Positions 12,106 to 23,580 of a stretch of DNA of 64,000 nucleotides are shown here, piece by piece. The position numbers and the translations under genes are program-made. The notes under the pieces were generated by a model that was not told where the DNA came from, searched no databases, and saw only the letters and a program-made list of their open reading frames with translations. Source of the DNA: the human T2T-CHM13v2.0 reference genome, Homo sapiens; NCBI RefSeq assembly GCF_009914755.1, contig NC_060932.1. One strand, written 5' to 3'. Position 1 is the first letter of the stretch; each line of letters starts with the position of its first letter.

Positions 12106-14081
12106 TTCCACCCCTGGCCCCCTGGCAAATCTCATGTCCTTCTCACATTGCAAAATATTATCATGTCTTCCCAATAGTCTTCCAAAGTCTTAGCTTGTTC
12201 CAGCTCAAAAGTCTCAAGTCCAAAGTCTCATCTGAGACAAGGCATGTCCCTTCCACCTATGAACCTGAAAAATCAAAACAAGTTATTTACCTCAAAGATA
12301 CAATGAGGGATATAGGCATTGGGGAAACATTCCCATCACAAAAGGGAGAAATTGGCCAAAACAAAGGGACTACAGGCCCTATGCAAGTCCAAAACACAGC
12401 AGGACATTCGCTATTTTTTTTTTTGAAGGAGGGATAGAATCTTACTCTGTCATGCAGTGGCACAATCACGACTCACTATAGCCTCAACCTCCTGGACCCA
12501 AGCAATCCTCCTGCCTCAGCTCCCTGAGTAGCTGTGACTACAGGTGCACACCACAAGGCCCAGTTATTTATTTATTTTTGTACAGACAGGGTCTCACTAT
12601 GTTATCCAGGCTGGTGTTGCACTCCTGGGTTCAAGCAATTCTCTCACTTAAGCCTCCCAAAGTGCTAAATTACAGGCATGAGCCACAGTACCTGACCCAT
12701 TAATTCTCAAAGTTCTAAAATAATCTCCTTTTACTCCATATTCCACATCCAGGGTGAACTGCTAAAAGGGGTGGGCTCCCAAGACCTTGGGAAGCTCTTC
12801 CCCTCTAACTTTCCAGGGTGCAGCCCCAGGGCTATTCTCATAGGTTGGAGTTGAATGCCTGTAGCTTTTATACACTGAGGGTGTAAGCTGCTAGTGGATC
12901 TATCATTCTGGGGTTTGGAGGACAGTGGCCCTCTTCCCACAGCTCCATGAGGTAGTGCCCAGATAAGGACTCTGTGGGGGTCTCCAACCCCAAATTTCCC
13001 CTCCACATTGCCCTAGTAGAGGTTCTTTGTGAGAGCTCTGCCCCTGAAGCAGGCTTCTGCCTGGATATCCAGGCCTTCTCATATGTCCTCTGAAATCTAG
13101 GTGGAGGCTGCCAAGAATTATTTATTCTTGCATTCTGCACACCTACAGGCTTAACACTACATAGAAGTTGCTAAAGTTTACAGCTTGCATTCTCCAAAGT
13201 GGAAGCCTTAGCTGTGCCTCAGCCTCTTTGAGCCACAGCTGAAGCTAGAGCTAGAGTGGCTGGGATGCAAGGAGAAGTGTCCTGAGTCTGTGCAAAGCAG
13301 CAAGGCCCTGGGTCTGGCCCATTAAGCCATTCTGTCCTCCTAGGCCTCTGAGCCTGGGATGGGAGGGGCTGCCACAAAGGTCTCTGAAAGGCCTTTGAAG
13401 CCTTTTCCCATTGTCTTAGATATTAGCACTTAGCTCTCTTTTAGTTATGCAAGTATCTTTAGCAAGTGGTTCCTCCTCAGCCTACTTGAATTCCTCTCCT
13501 GAAAAAGCTTTTTCTTTCTCTACCACACGGCCAGGCTGCAAATTTTCCAAATTTTCATGTTCTGCTTTTCTCTTAAACATGTTTTAACTTTGTCATTCTT
13601 TTGCCTCTGCATCTGAGTATAGGCTCTTAAAAGCAACTTCAAGTCATTCTTTTACTCCCACATCTGACAGTAGACTGTTAGGAGCAGCCAGGCAACTTCT
13701 TAAACACTCTATTGCTTAGAAATTTCTTCTGTCAGACACCTCAAATTATTATTCTTAAGTTCAAATTTACACAGATTCCTAGGGCATGAGCAGAATGCAG
13801 CCAAATTATTTGCTAAGGCATAACATGGGTGACCTTTGCTCCAGTTCCCAATAAGTTCCTCATTTCCATCTGAGACCTTGTCAGTCTTGGCTTTACTGTT
13901 TATATTACTATCAGCATTTTGGTCACAATCACTTAACCAGTCTCTAAGAAGTTTCAAACTTTTCTTCATCTTTCTATCTCCTTCTGCACCTTGCAAACCT
14001 TTGCCCATTACCCAGTTCCAAAGCTGCTTCCACATTTTCAGGTCTCTTTATAGCAATACCTCACCCCTGGTACCAATTTTC
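12106..14081 (-). mobile_element. MST internal region with broken MaLR ORF
   Basis: Minus ORFs 13709-14035 (DQNADS...EELIGNWSKGHPCYALA), 12868-13140 and 12731-13006 are pieces of the MaLR internal ORF. Confidence 0.92.
12414..12697 (-). mobile_element. AluJ inserted in MST-int
   Basis: Poly-T then antisense Alu with J-type features (caagcaatcctcctgcctcagc, gggtctcactatgtt). Confidence 0.9.
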
Positions 14082-14498
14082 TGTATTAGACTATTCTTGC
14101 GTAGCTATAAAAAACCTAAGACTGGATAATTTATAAAGAAAAGAAGTTTAATTGGCTCATGGTTCTGCACACTGTATAGGAAACATAGCACCAACGTTGC
14201 TCAACTTCTAGAGAGGCCTCAGGGAGCTTTTACTTTCTGTGGAAAGCAAAGCAGGAGCTTGTACACCATATGGCAAAAGAAAGAGAGAGCAGGGGAAGAA
14301 AGTGCCATATGCTTTCAAGCGGCCAGATCTCATGTGAACTCAGAGCAGCAGTTCACTTATTATCAAGGGGATAGCCCAAGAATTTCATGAGGGATCTGCC
14401 CCCGGGACCCAAACACCTCCTAAAAGGCCCCATCTCAAACATTGGGGATTACATTTCAACATGAAATTTGGGTGGAAACTAATATTCAAACTATATCA
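14082..14498 (-). mobile_element. MSTA 5' LTR
   Basis: Direct repeat of 11682-12105 (tgtattagactattcttgc...aaactatatca). Confidence 0.92.
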
Positions 14499-14770
14499 CT
14501 AACCATCTTTCCAGAAAACTATACATACACTCCATTAGAGGACCTTAAACTGAGAATTTTTAAGAATTCTCCAGGTGACAATCATTGGAGTGTGACTACT
14601 AACCCATGAATATCACATCAAATCGATGATGACACTAAGTAGACAGCTTCCACCCAAATTGACAGAACAAGGTTTCTTTTCTGATATATTTTCTCTTCTC
14701 TTCCTCCTTACTTTACTGATAATCTTACTAGTTATATTATGTTGGCCTTCTCAAACGTTGTAAACATCAT
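14499..14770 (+). mobile_element. ERV1 internal remnant resuming after the MST insertion (post-integrase region)
   Basis: tacactccattagaggaccttaaactgaga...agacagcttccacccaa resembles sequence following IN in recalled MER34/MER57-type internals. Confidence 0.45.
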
Positions 14771-15248
14771 GTGTATATTAACTTATTGGTAGACTTCCTT
14801 GAAGACTAGTAGAACCAAAATTGGGAACTACTAGTTTAAGTAATTTGACCAAAGTTACATCCTAAGATTTGGGAATGAACATGAATTCATTAAAACATAC
14901 ACAGTTGAATCAATTTTAGTGTTTCTGTACAATGAAATACCATGTAGCTGTGGTTGTCTCAAGAGAGAAGACAAGGCCATGGAGACAAAGGGAACTGATT
15001 GAATCGGTGTCCAAGAAAATTTACTAAGGTGATGGAAATTTTCTAAATCTCAATTGTCGTGTTGGTTACATAGATATATATAGTTATAAGTTGTAATTGA
15101 ACAGTAACTTTAAAATCTGTTCATTTTGCTGAACGTATTTATACCTCAATAAATTTTTCATTCTATCTTAAAAATCAAATAGATGTATATATTTAGAAAA
15201 AACCCAACTAATAGAACAGTATTACAGTATCATATCATTTTTTAAAGA

Positions 15249-15303
15249 TCACACACACACACACACACACGCACACACATACATATATATATATATATAC
15301 ACA
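15249..15303. repeat. (CA)n(TA)n compound microsatellite
   Basis: Directly visible. Confidence 0.95.
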
Positions 15304-15474
15304 TTTGCTTTTACATGTATAAAAAATTCCTGGAATTATCAAAAGAAAATAAGTGGACATGTCTAGGGAACAAAAAAGTGCATTGAGAGGAGAGAACCCG
15401 GACTTTTTACCTTAACCCCTTTGTTTGATTCTTTATAGAGAAGGTATGTTTCTGTAATTCAAAAAATTAATTAG

Positions 15475-16240
15475 CATCATTCATACATTGCTAGTGGGAA
15501 TGACATAAATACTCTGGAAAATGGTTTGGCAGTTTGTCATAAAACTAAACATGCATGTATATAACCTGAAAGTTGCACTCCTAGGCATGTATCCTGAAGA
15601 CATAAAAATTTATATTTAAGCCAAATACTGTGCATGAATATCCATGGTTTAATTTGTAACAGTAAAAAACTGGAAACAATCCTAATGCTTTTCAATGGGT
15701 GACTGGTTAAACACACTGTGGAGCATCCACTCAGCAAAGAAGAGTAAACTATTCATGCATGCAACAACCTGAGTGAATCTCCAGAGAATTTGCTGAGAAG
15801 AAACAGCCAATCTCAAAAGGTTATGTACTATGTGATTCTATTTATATAACATTCTTGAACTAAAATTATAGAGTTGAAAAACAGATTAGAGGTTGCCGAG
15901 GATCTGAAGGGAGATGAGGGGAGATGGCCATAGTCATAAAGGGATAACACAGAAGTCTTGTGATGATTGAAAAGCTCTATGTCTTCATCATGATGGTGTT
16001 TATATGAATCTACACATGTAATAAAATTCCATAGACACACACACACACACACACACACAAGTGCATGTAAACTGATTAAATCTAAATAAGTTCTGTGGAT
16101 TGTACTAATGTAGATTTCCTGATTTTGGTATTGTATTATATTATGCAAAAATGTTACCATAAGGGTGCAGAGGAGTTCCCTGTATATTTTATGAAATTTC
16201 TTATGAACCTATAGTTACTTTAAAATAAAAAGTATTTAAA
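15475..16240 (+). mobile_element. L1MD-type 3' end, with internal (CA)n at ~16034-16058
   Basis: cattgctagtgggaatg...ctggaaacaatcc...aatctaaataagttctgtggattgtactaatg...aaaataaaaagt. Confidence 0.8.
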
Positions 16241-16497
16241 TAATTAATTAAATACATATCTAGACCGGAAGTTTGGAAGGTTCCTTGAGTGTTAGTGAGT
16301 AGGTTAAGACAAGGCATTACATTCCCTTAACATTCCTACATTTTGGTCCCCATAGAAATCAAACAAAATGTAAAAAATTTATTTACTATTTCTTTTGCTC
16401 CAGACTGAATTCCAAACATGTTTTCTGGGAATGTTAAGAAGTGTTAGTTGAAGATGAAAATGTTCTGATAAATTTGGTAAGCACTGATTGAATGAGT

Positions 16498-16667
16498 TGT
16501 ACTCATTTTCTGTCGCACCATAACAATACCACAAACAGTATCAGAAAACAGCAAAATGTACTACCCCACAGTTTCTGAGGGTTAGAATTCACAGTGAACT
16601 AGACTTTGTCCTCTGCTTAGGGTCTCATAAGGTCAAAAGCTCAGTGTCAGCAGAGCTGTAGTCCTTG
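16498..16667 (-). mobile_element. MLT1 LTR fragment
   Basis: cataacaataccacaaac...ctctgcttagggtctcataagg. Confidence 0.6.
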
Positions 16668-16699
16668 ATGGAGTAAAATAAATAAGGAAAGGGGAGAAA

Positions 16700-17430
16700 A
16701 CCTGGGTAAGTGTTACAATTTTAAGTTGTGCATGCCCACTGAGAAGTTAATATTTTCACCAAGACTAGAAGGGTGTATCATTGTGGGTTTCTGAAAGAAC
16801 AAGGTTATCAGTAAAAGCCCGATTTTGGGTATGCATTTGGTATGTCTGAGGAGCAGTAAGGATAGTATGACCAGAACTAAGCAAGTGAGGAAAAGTGTAG
16901 TAGGAAATTATGTCAAAAAGTTCATGGGGTGCCAAATTGTATACACCCTTATAGTCCACTGTAAAAATATCATGAAATTAAACAGCCATTGAAGGGGTTT
17001 AAGCAGAGTTGTGACATAATATTACTTATATTTTAACAGGCTCATTCTGACTGCTATTCTGAGAATACAGTAAACAAGAAAATAGCAGAAGTAAGTAGAC
17101 CAGTTAGGGGGTTAATGTGACAATTGACAAGAGAGGGCCAAGGTGATAATGATAGAAGTGATAAAAGGAGACTGGATGCAGTGGCTCATGCCTGAAACCT
17201 CAGCACTTTGTAAGGCTGAGGCAGGAGGATAACCTGAAGCCAGGAATGTAAAATCAGCCTGGACAACATAATGAGATAGGCGTTCAAGGCCAAAAAAGTG
17301 AGCTATGATCACGCTACTGCACCTCAACCTGGGCAACAGAGCAAGATTGTGTCTCTATTTTTTTAAAAAAACCAGTGGTAAAAAAAAGGTCAGATTCTGG
17401 ATATCTTGAAGGTAAATGTAATGTGGCCTG
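16700..17430 (-). mobile_element. L2 fragment interrupted by an Alu
   Basis: agccattgaaggggtttaagcagag...ctgactgct...gaccagttagg...cagattctggatat. Confidence 0.75.
17167..17372 (+). mobile_element. AluJ with internal deletion
   Basis: Left monomer joined directly to the distal right monomer; imperfect TSD agtgataaaa/agtggtaaaa. Confidence 0.85.
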
Positions 17431-18989
17431 CCTGGAACAGTGCCTAACACAAAGTAGACTTTAAAAACAACACATTTATTAAAGGAAAAATACACAAAAA
17501 AATGTAAAATGTTGTTAACTCTGGGAAAGAAAACTCAAAATCTTGAATCAGGCATGGTACAGAGACTTATTTTTAACTCTATACATGTTTACACCTGTTT
17601 CCCAAAAACAATTTAAAGATATGATTAGACCAATAAGAAAAGTTATTTCAATTCCTATATGCATTGAACTTGATGTGGGAAGTCAGTCCTATAGCTGGAG
17701 AAAGGAGTATATCTCTTATACTCCCAAAAAAGTGAAAGAGATTATCCTAATTAAAGAACGAAGAAAATTCTATATTGGTTTTTCTTCATCAAAGAAGAGA
17801 TCACCCTATTCCTTCCCTGTGAGATAATCCTCTGACAAACTTTCCATAAGGAGGAACTCTTATAACAAGAGACACCTCTCTATCGTGGTAGTAGAGAATC
17901 CAGCCAAATACCCTACATTGTAATCCTTCAAGCAAGCAAGTGGAAATGACAAAGCACTGCAACCTGTGATTTGGACTACTTTTAATTTCATATGCTTCGT
18001 GAATTCCCTTTTTCTACTTAGAATTTGCGAACCTCTTTTGAAGATTGCCACCCAATTCAGATAAGAAAAAGATAGCTTGTCTATATTTGCACATTCAAGG
18101 AGAGCACCGTCTCCGCCATGGAGACCAGTGTAATAAAATAAGGAAGTCCACCCCAAAGGGAAGCCGAGACTCTGTGAATGGGGGCAAGAAAGACTGACCA
18201 ACCATCTATTCTTTCTGGAAAGCCTTTTTCCAGAATAAATGTAAGGGCGTATACCTGTGATTTTTCAGTAGCAGACATATGTCCTCTAGGTAAGTAAGGA
18301 TGCAGATCTTCTTGTGACTCTCCTGAAGGGAAGTCTCCTTAGGGTTCTAATGATAATTTACCTCTTTCTTCCCCTCCAGACTGCAAATATTTATTTTCCT
18401 TCTTATGTCTACACAAAAAGTGAAAGTTACCATCCCAGTAACCTGTCATCTAAGCAATAAAAAATGTACTAATTTTAACTAAGAAGACAAAGAAAGAAAA
18501 ACAAAAACTGACAACAATCAAAACCTCAGTACAAGAAGAATATTATTACATCATCAGTGATGAGTGCCTGCTTGAAAGTGCTCACAAAACTGTTACTGAT
18601 TCACTGACTACAGCTTCTTTTGGCTGCTGCTGTAGTTGACCGTAGGCCAGCATATATGCCCCCAATTGTAGCTCAGAAAGGAAACTCATACGTTGGTGCC
18701 TCTGGTAAAGTAAACTAGTAATCTAATAATCAATGAGCTCACTGTCTCCAAGAGTTTGTTAGGATCATATTTATAGTTCCTATGGTACTAGAAGGCTGTC
18801 CCTCCAAAATGCCCCTGCTTATTTATTCACTGGTCAGTCTAATTATGTGATAAAATCGCAGATGAAATCACTACTAAGCAAGGAAGAGGCAGTGAGGTCC
18901 ACTATGTTGGCCAAACTTCAAACATCAGGAGAAGGCTTGGATCAGGTACTGCCATTTTGAAACACTGATTTTGTTAGTAGCTGAGGGAT

Positions 18990-19255
18990 GTCAGGAGCCA
19001 AGATTATCCAAAACACTGCTGCATTAGCAACACACAAAACCTGTATCTTACCACAAGAAAAATGTGTTTCTTGCTCATGGTACAGTCCAATGAGTTAGGG
19101 GTAGGGAATTCAGAGAAAGTTCTCTTTTACACAGTAGTTTAGGAACCCAGACCACATCATCCACTGGGAACTTGAGTCCCCTGCAAAATGCTGAAAGAAT
19201 GTAAAGAATTGCATGAGTTTTACGGGACAGACCTGAAAGTAGCATATACCTGTAT
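18990..19255 (-). mobile_element. MLT1J/K-like LTR fragment
   Basis: gtttcttgctcatgg...acacagtagtttaggaacccag...agacctgaaagtagcata. Confidence 0.5.
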
Positions 19256-19289
19256 ACATGTGATTGCGTTTGCTTTCCCCATCTTCCAC

Positions 19290-19537
19290 ACGATCACATG
19301 ACAAAGGGAAAGTAAGAGAGTCTAGGAAGCCAAATTCACTTGTACAGCAACCAGCTATCCCAATCTCTGGTAACTAACCCAGGAGGACTCACTCACTCCC
19401 ACAGGAGGGCATTAATCTATTCATGAGGGATCCACCCCCATAACAAAAACACCTCCTACTAGGCCCCAGGTCCCAACTCTGCCACACTGGGAAACAAATT
19501 TCAACTTGAGTTTTGGTGGGGACAAACCATATCCAGC
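19290..19537 (-). mobile_element. MSTB-type LTR, partial
   Basis: attaatctattcatgagggatccacccccataa...aatttcaacttgagttttggtggggacaaaccatatcc. Confidence 0.85.
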
Positions 19538-20545
19538 TCTCATGGGGGATCCTTGTATGAAACTGGTCTGGATAATGATAATGATAATGATAATAAATGT
19601 AGGGCACTCTAAAGAATGAGGTGATGTATCCAGAGTCAACTAGTATGGGACTCCTGCTGCACCAGACCCTACCCAGCTGCCTCAAAGAATAAGAAGTCAA
19701 TAACTCAGTCTCCTGTAACCCAACAGCAGCACATCTGTTAGAAGTGTGCCTTGGATCATATAGATGTATTTAAAAGAGGAAGGTCAGAAGCCCAAAACCT
19801 CCCCTTTCTATCCTTTTTACAAAGTTGTTCCACAGTGGATAATTGTAATTTCTGGAGAGAAGACAGCATTCCAGACAAAATTGGAAAAATGTCTTTTAAA
19901 ATTTCATTAAACTTCGATTAATCATGTATTCAGAAAAAAATACACAGGAAATATGCAGCTACTTAATAACTCATGAATATAAATCAGAGACATTAAATTG
20001 CTCTTTAAACAAATATTTGGACACTCATAGTTATCAATAATTATATAGCTTATCTGACACAAAGGAAAATTAAAGGAAGCAGTTTGGGCTTGAGATTCAT
20101 TTAACTTTCAGTGGGCTTTTTTCTTTAAAAGACGAGCCCAAAAAAATGGCTGCCTAAATGACTATATTTGGAGAGTTTCCCTATGATCCTGCTTGGCAAA
20201 AGATAGTTCCCGCCTTGACCTTCTGCGGTTTCTGAAATTCTACTTGTCACTTCTTTGGGTGAATTCAAAGATGTTCTTGTTTATTAGGACTCAGTAACTG
20301 TCATAAATTCAAATTAACACTTTTGTGTAGTTCATTTTTCAGAAACCTGAGTATTGAGAAAATGAGACACATGGTAATCCGAGTAAGAGCTACATTGCTA
20401 ACCTTGATAGAGGTCTCAGGTTATTTTCTGTGACCCCATCTTGATCCATTTTGGATCAAGAACAAAAACACTGAAGAGCTTTAGAAGACAGACTGGGTGG
20501 AGGGGTTAGGTGGGGAGAGGTCTGAAGGGAGATCTTAGTAACACA

Positions 20546-20617
20546 TAATGTTGGAGCAAAAGTCATTGTGGTTTTTGCTATAATGGCAAAACCACAATTA
20601 CTTTTGCACCAACTTAA
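20546..20617. mobile_element. MADE1 (Hsmar1-derived MITE)
   Basis: gttggagcaaaagtcattgtggtttttgc...gcaaaaccacaattacttttgcaccaac: paired mariner terminal inverted repeats, TA at the right flank. Confidence 0.93.
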
Positions 20618-20874
20618 TAGAAGCCCTGTTTCTTCTTGAAGCAAGTCATTTTTGAATTTTTTTTTGTCCAGGAGAGGTTATTTTTCTATTGTACTTCTTC
20701 TCTCTTTGATCTTCTTTTGGGAAATCTCATTCTTTCTCTTACTCTATTCTTCACTTCAGTCTTCCTTTTTTTTTTTTTTTCCCTCTTAGTGTTCAACTAC
20801 CAAGAAGTAGGTATGGAGCATAGGGTCTGGGGTCTCCTCAGGCATGAGAGAAGGGAATGAGAGTAGGTGAGGTC

Positions 20875-21335
20875 AAGGACTACCATGAGTTTGCACCCCA
20901 GCACCCACTCCACCTTCTCCTCTCTGAATCCAACATGGTTAGAGTGAGGTTAATCATATTCCTCTGCCCAGTCCTGCTAAATCAGAATATATCCATCCCA
21001 CTGGCCAAAAAGACGTGCTCAGAAATGAACTCCATGGCAATGAAGCTGAATCCCAAGACTTCTCTGGGATTGTTAAACTGTGGGGTATGAGTGATGGCCT
21101 GCCTGAAGCTACTGCAAGGAAAGAGATGCTTGATAAAAAGTATCCATGAAGGAAAACAGAACAGAGATCTTTGGATACTAAAACTAAAGTCATGATTTGG
21201 TACCCTGGATCCAGCCACGCCTGAAGCCAGAAAGAACTACCTCAGTAATTTATGTGTTTCTGAAAATACTCATTTTAAAGAACACAAAATGTTTAAGCAT
21301 TCTGACATTTGGAGCCAGGAACCTCAAGTGATAAA
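20875..21335 (+). mobile_element. LTR16-like ERVL LTR
   Basis: cagcacccactccacc...ccctggatccagccacgcctgaagccag. Confidence 0.65.
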
Positions 21336-21474
21336 ACTATCAGTGTCCCTTCTACAAAAGATGGTCTGTAATACAGATCAGGGAAATGAATATTGACTCA
21401 TCTGGCCCAGACCACAAGGGATGAAAGCCATGCACAAATTTAGGGTAAAAAAAGAAAGAACCAGCTCCCACGAA

Positions 21475-21795
21475 GGATTCTTGCATAAAACTGGTATGGA
21501 TCTTAACTATTGCAGTGGTTGCATAAACATGCACTTGTGATAAAATTGCATAGAACCAAATCAACACACATATATGCAAAAGTACATAAAACTAGTGAAA
21601 TCTGAATAGGGTCAGTGAATTACAAGAATGTCAATTTCCTGGTTGTGATATCATACCATAGTTAAGCAAGATGTTACCTTATGGGGGAAACTAAATGAAG
21701 GGTACACAGGCTCTCTCTATATTATTTCTTACAAGGAGTTGTAAGAAACATGATGTGTGAATCTACAATTATTTGAAAATTTTTTTAAATGTTAA
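21475..21795 (+). mobile_element. L1MD-type 3' UTR fragment
   Basis: gtgataaaattgcatagaac...aatgtcaatttcctggttgtgata...gtgaatctacaattat. Confidence 0.8.
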
Positions 21796-22194
21796 GAAAA
21801 TACTTATAAAATGGAGTTGACATTCTCCTAGATCTGCTTCATGTGTATGTTATCCCAGAACATCACAGGAGTGACAATGACCAACATGATAAGAGGTACA
21901 GAGTGGGAGAAGTTTAAATCTTAACCACATGCATCATGATTAATAATTTAGAAAAACATATTAAATCTCTATCGTTTATAATAGTCCTGTATTAGTTTTC
22001 AACGATTCATAAGAAATTGCCACAAACTAGGTGATTGAAACAGCACATATTTTTTATGTGACAGTCTGTGGTTCAGGGGTTCCTTGTGAGACCCTCACCT
22101 TAATCTCTGCCTCTGGTGGAGCTTGTGGTGTTCAAAGATGCCAACACTAGTTCATATAAGTCCATCACATGACATATGACAACATATTTTGATA

Positions 22195-22330
22195 ATTGCT
22201 TATGTGTAGGTTTTCCCCCCAATAAATGGTGATTCTTGAGAGCAGGGGCTATGTCCTACAACTTTCTGTATCCCAGGGTCTAATGTGGAGTATGGCTCAC
22301 AGTTGGTGCTCAATAAATGCTATTAAATGC
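22195..22330 (+). mobile_element. L2 3' end
   Basis: cttgagagcagggg...tgtatcccaggg...ggtgctcaataaatg. Confidence 0.7.
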
Positions 22331-23219
22331 CACCGATTAAGCTTTCTGCAGATCTCAACGAGGAGAAGGAGTGAATAGAGGAAGCTTGCACACGTTGCAA
22401 TACATCGCTCCTCCCAGTTCTCTTATCCTGTTTTTGGGAAAACTTTATTCCTATCTCCCAGGGAGGCTAAGTAATTAGGAAACTGCTTTCAGCCACTGCC
22501 TGGAGCCTTGGGCCTTCCCACTAAGTTTAGCTCACTTTCCTTCACTGTCTCATTCTTTTCCTTCCCTCTCAGCAGAAGCCAGCCAACAGGACTGGCAAAA
22601 CCCAATGGCATGTACATTTTCAGAACTGACTGAAATAGAGGACAGTGAAAGCCCAATATCCCTTTGGGAAAGGAATTTCCTCACTTTTCAAAACTCACAT
22701 CATTTCCACCACCTATAAATGCCCCAGTTTCCAGTTCCCTCAGTTGAAATCTTTAGATGTCAATTGTAATGCACCTTATAACTCAGTTACATCTTTTTCT
22801 CCCTCTTTCACCAAAGTCAAAATTAAAGAACCTCCCTAGTACCTGAGATTTCACCTCTAGATGTTAATAATTCTGTACATATTTATTGAGTATTGCATGC
22901 AAAGTGGAGTGTTACAGGCTGTGGGAGAGGCCAGAATAAATAACATTTATGGAAGCAGAGAATGTCATATTTGGAAGGGGCTTTGGGAAGCATCAAAACT
23001 CCTATTCCAGAGAAGAAAACCGAGACCCCCGAGGAGCAGAATTTTGTACCTAGGCTGGTTTCTGCGGTGAAGGAGCTTATAGTCCTTCGGGGAGACAAAG
23101 GATATATACAGAGAAAATTAGGGAGCAACATAATAAAGGTTCTGGGTCTCTATAGGCTAGTGAATAATTCAAAGAACAAACGTGGACTTCAGATGACTGT
23201 TCATCAGCATCAGCAGCAG

Positions 23220-23580
23220 TAGCACCAACTTCACTAAAAGCTATTGCATGCTACTAAATGCCAGATACTCTAAGTGCTTTACAGGTATTCTTCTATTTAA
23301 TCTTCTCCCTAAATGTAAAAAAAGGTTATGGTTAACTCATCTCAAAGATAAGAAGTTGAGGTTCTGAAGGTTACGTTTTAAGGCTCTGGAGTCAAAATTT
23401 GTTTGCATCTTTTTTTACACTGCAAGCATTTCTTAGCCTAAGATTCTATTTACTGATCTGTTCAGTGGGGAGACAGAAGCCATTAAGTTGCTGTTAGAGT
23501 AACCTGAGTTAGTGAGTGAGAAGTGCTTAATAGCAAGCCTGGCCCGCTGTTGGTGCTCCTTTGAAGTCAGCTATTAGCAT
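23220..23580. mobile_element. Two MIR fragments back to back (minus ~23220-23372, plus ~23380-23578)
   Basis: gccagatactctaagtgcttta...gaagttgaggttc and ggctctggagtca...gtgcttaatagcaagcctggc. Confidence 0.6.

Noticed and set aside
18553-18610. C/D-box-like motifs (GTGATGA...CTGA)
   Set aside because: Only ~40-50 nt between boxes, no terminal stem outside the boxes, no recognisable guide sequence or host gene.
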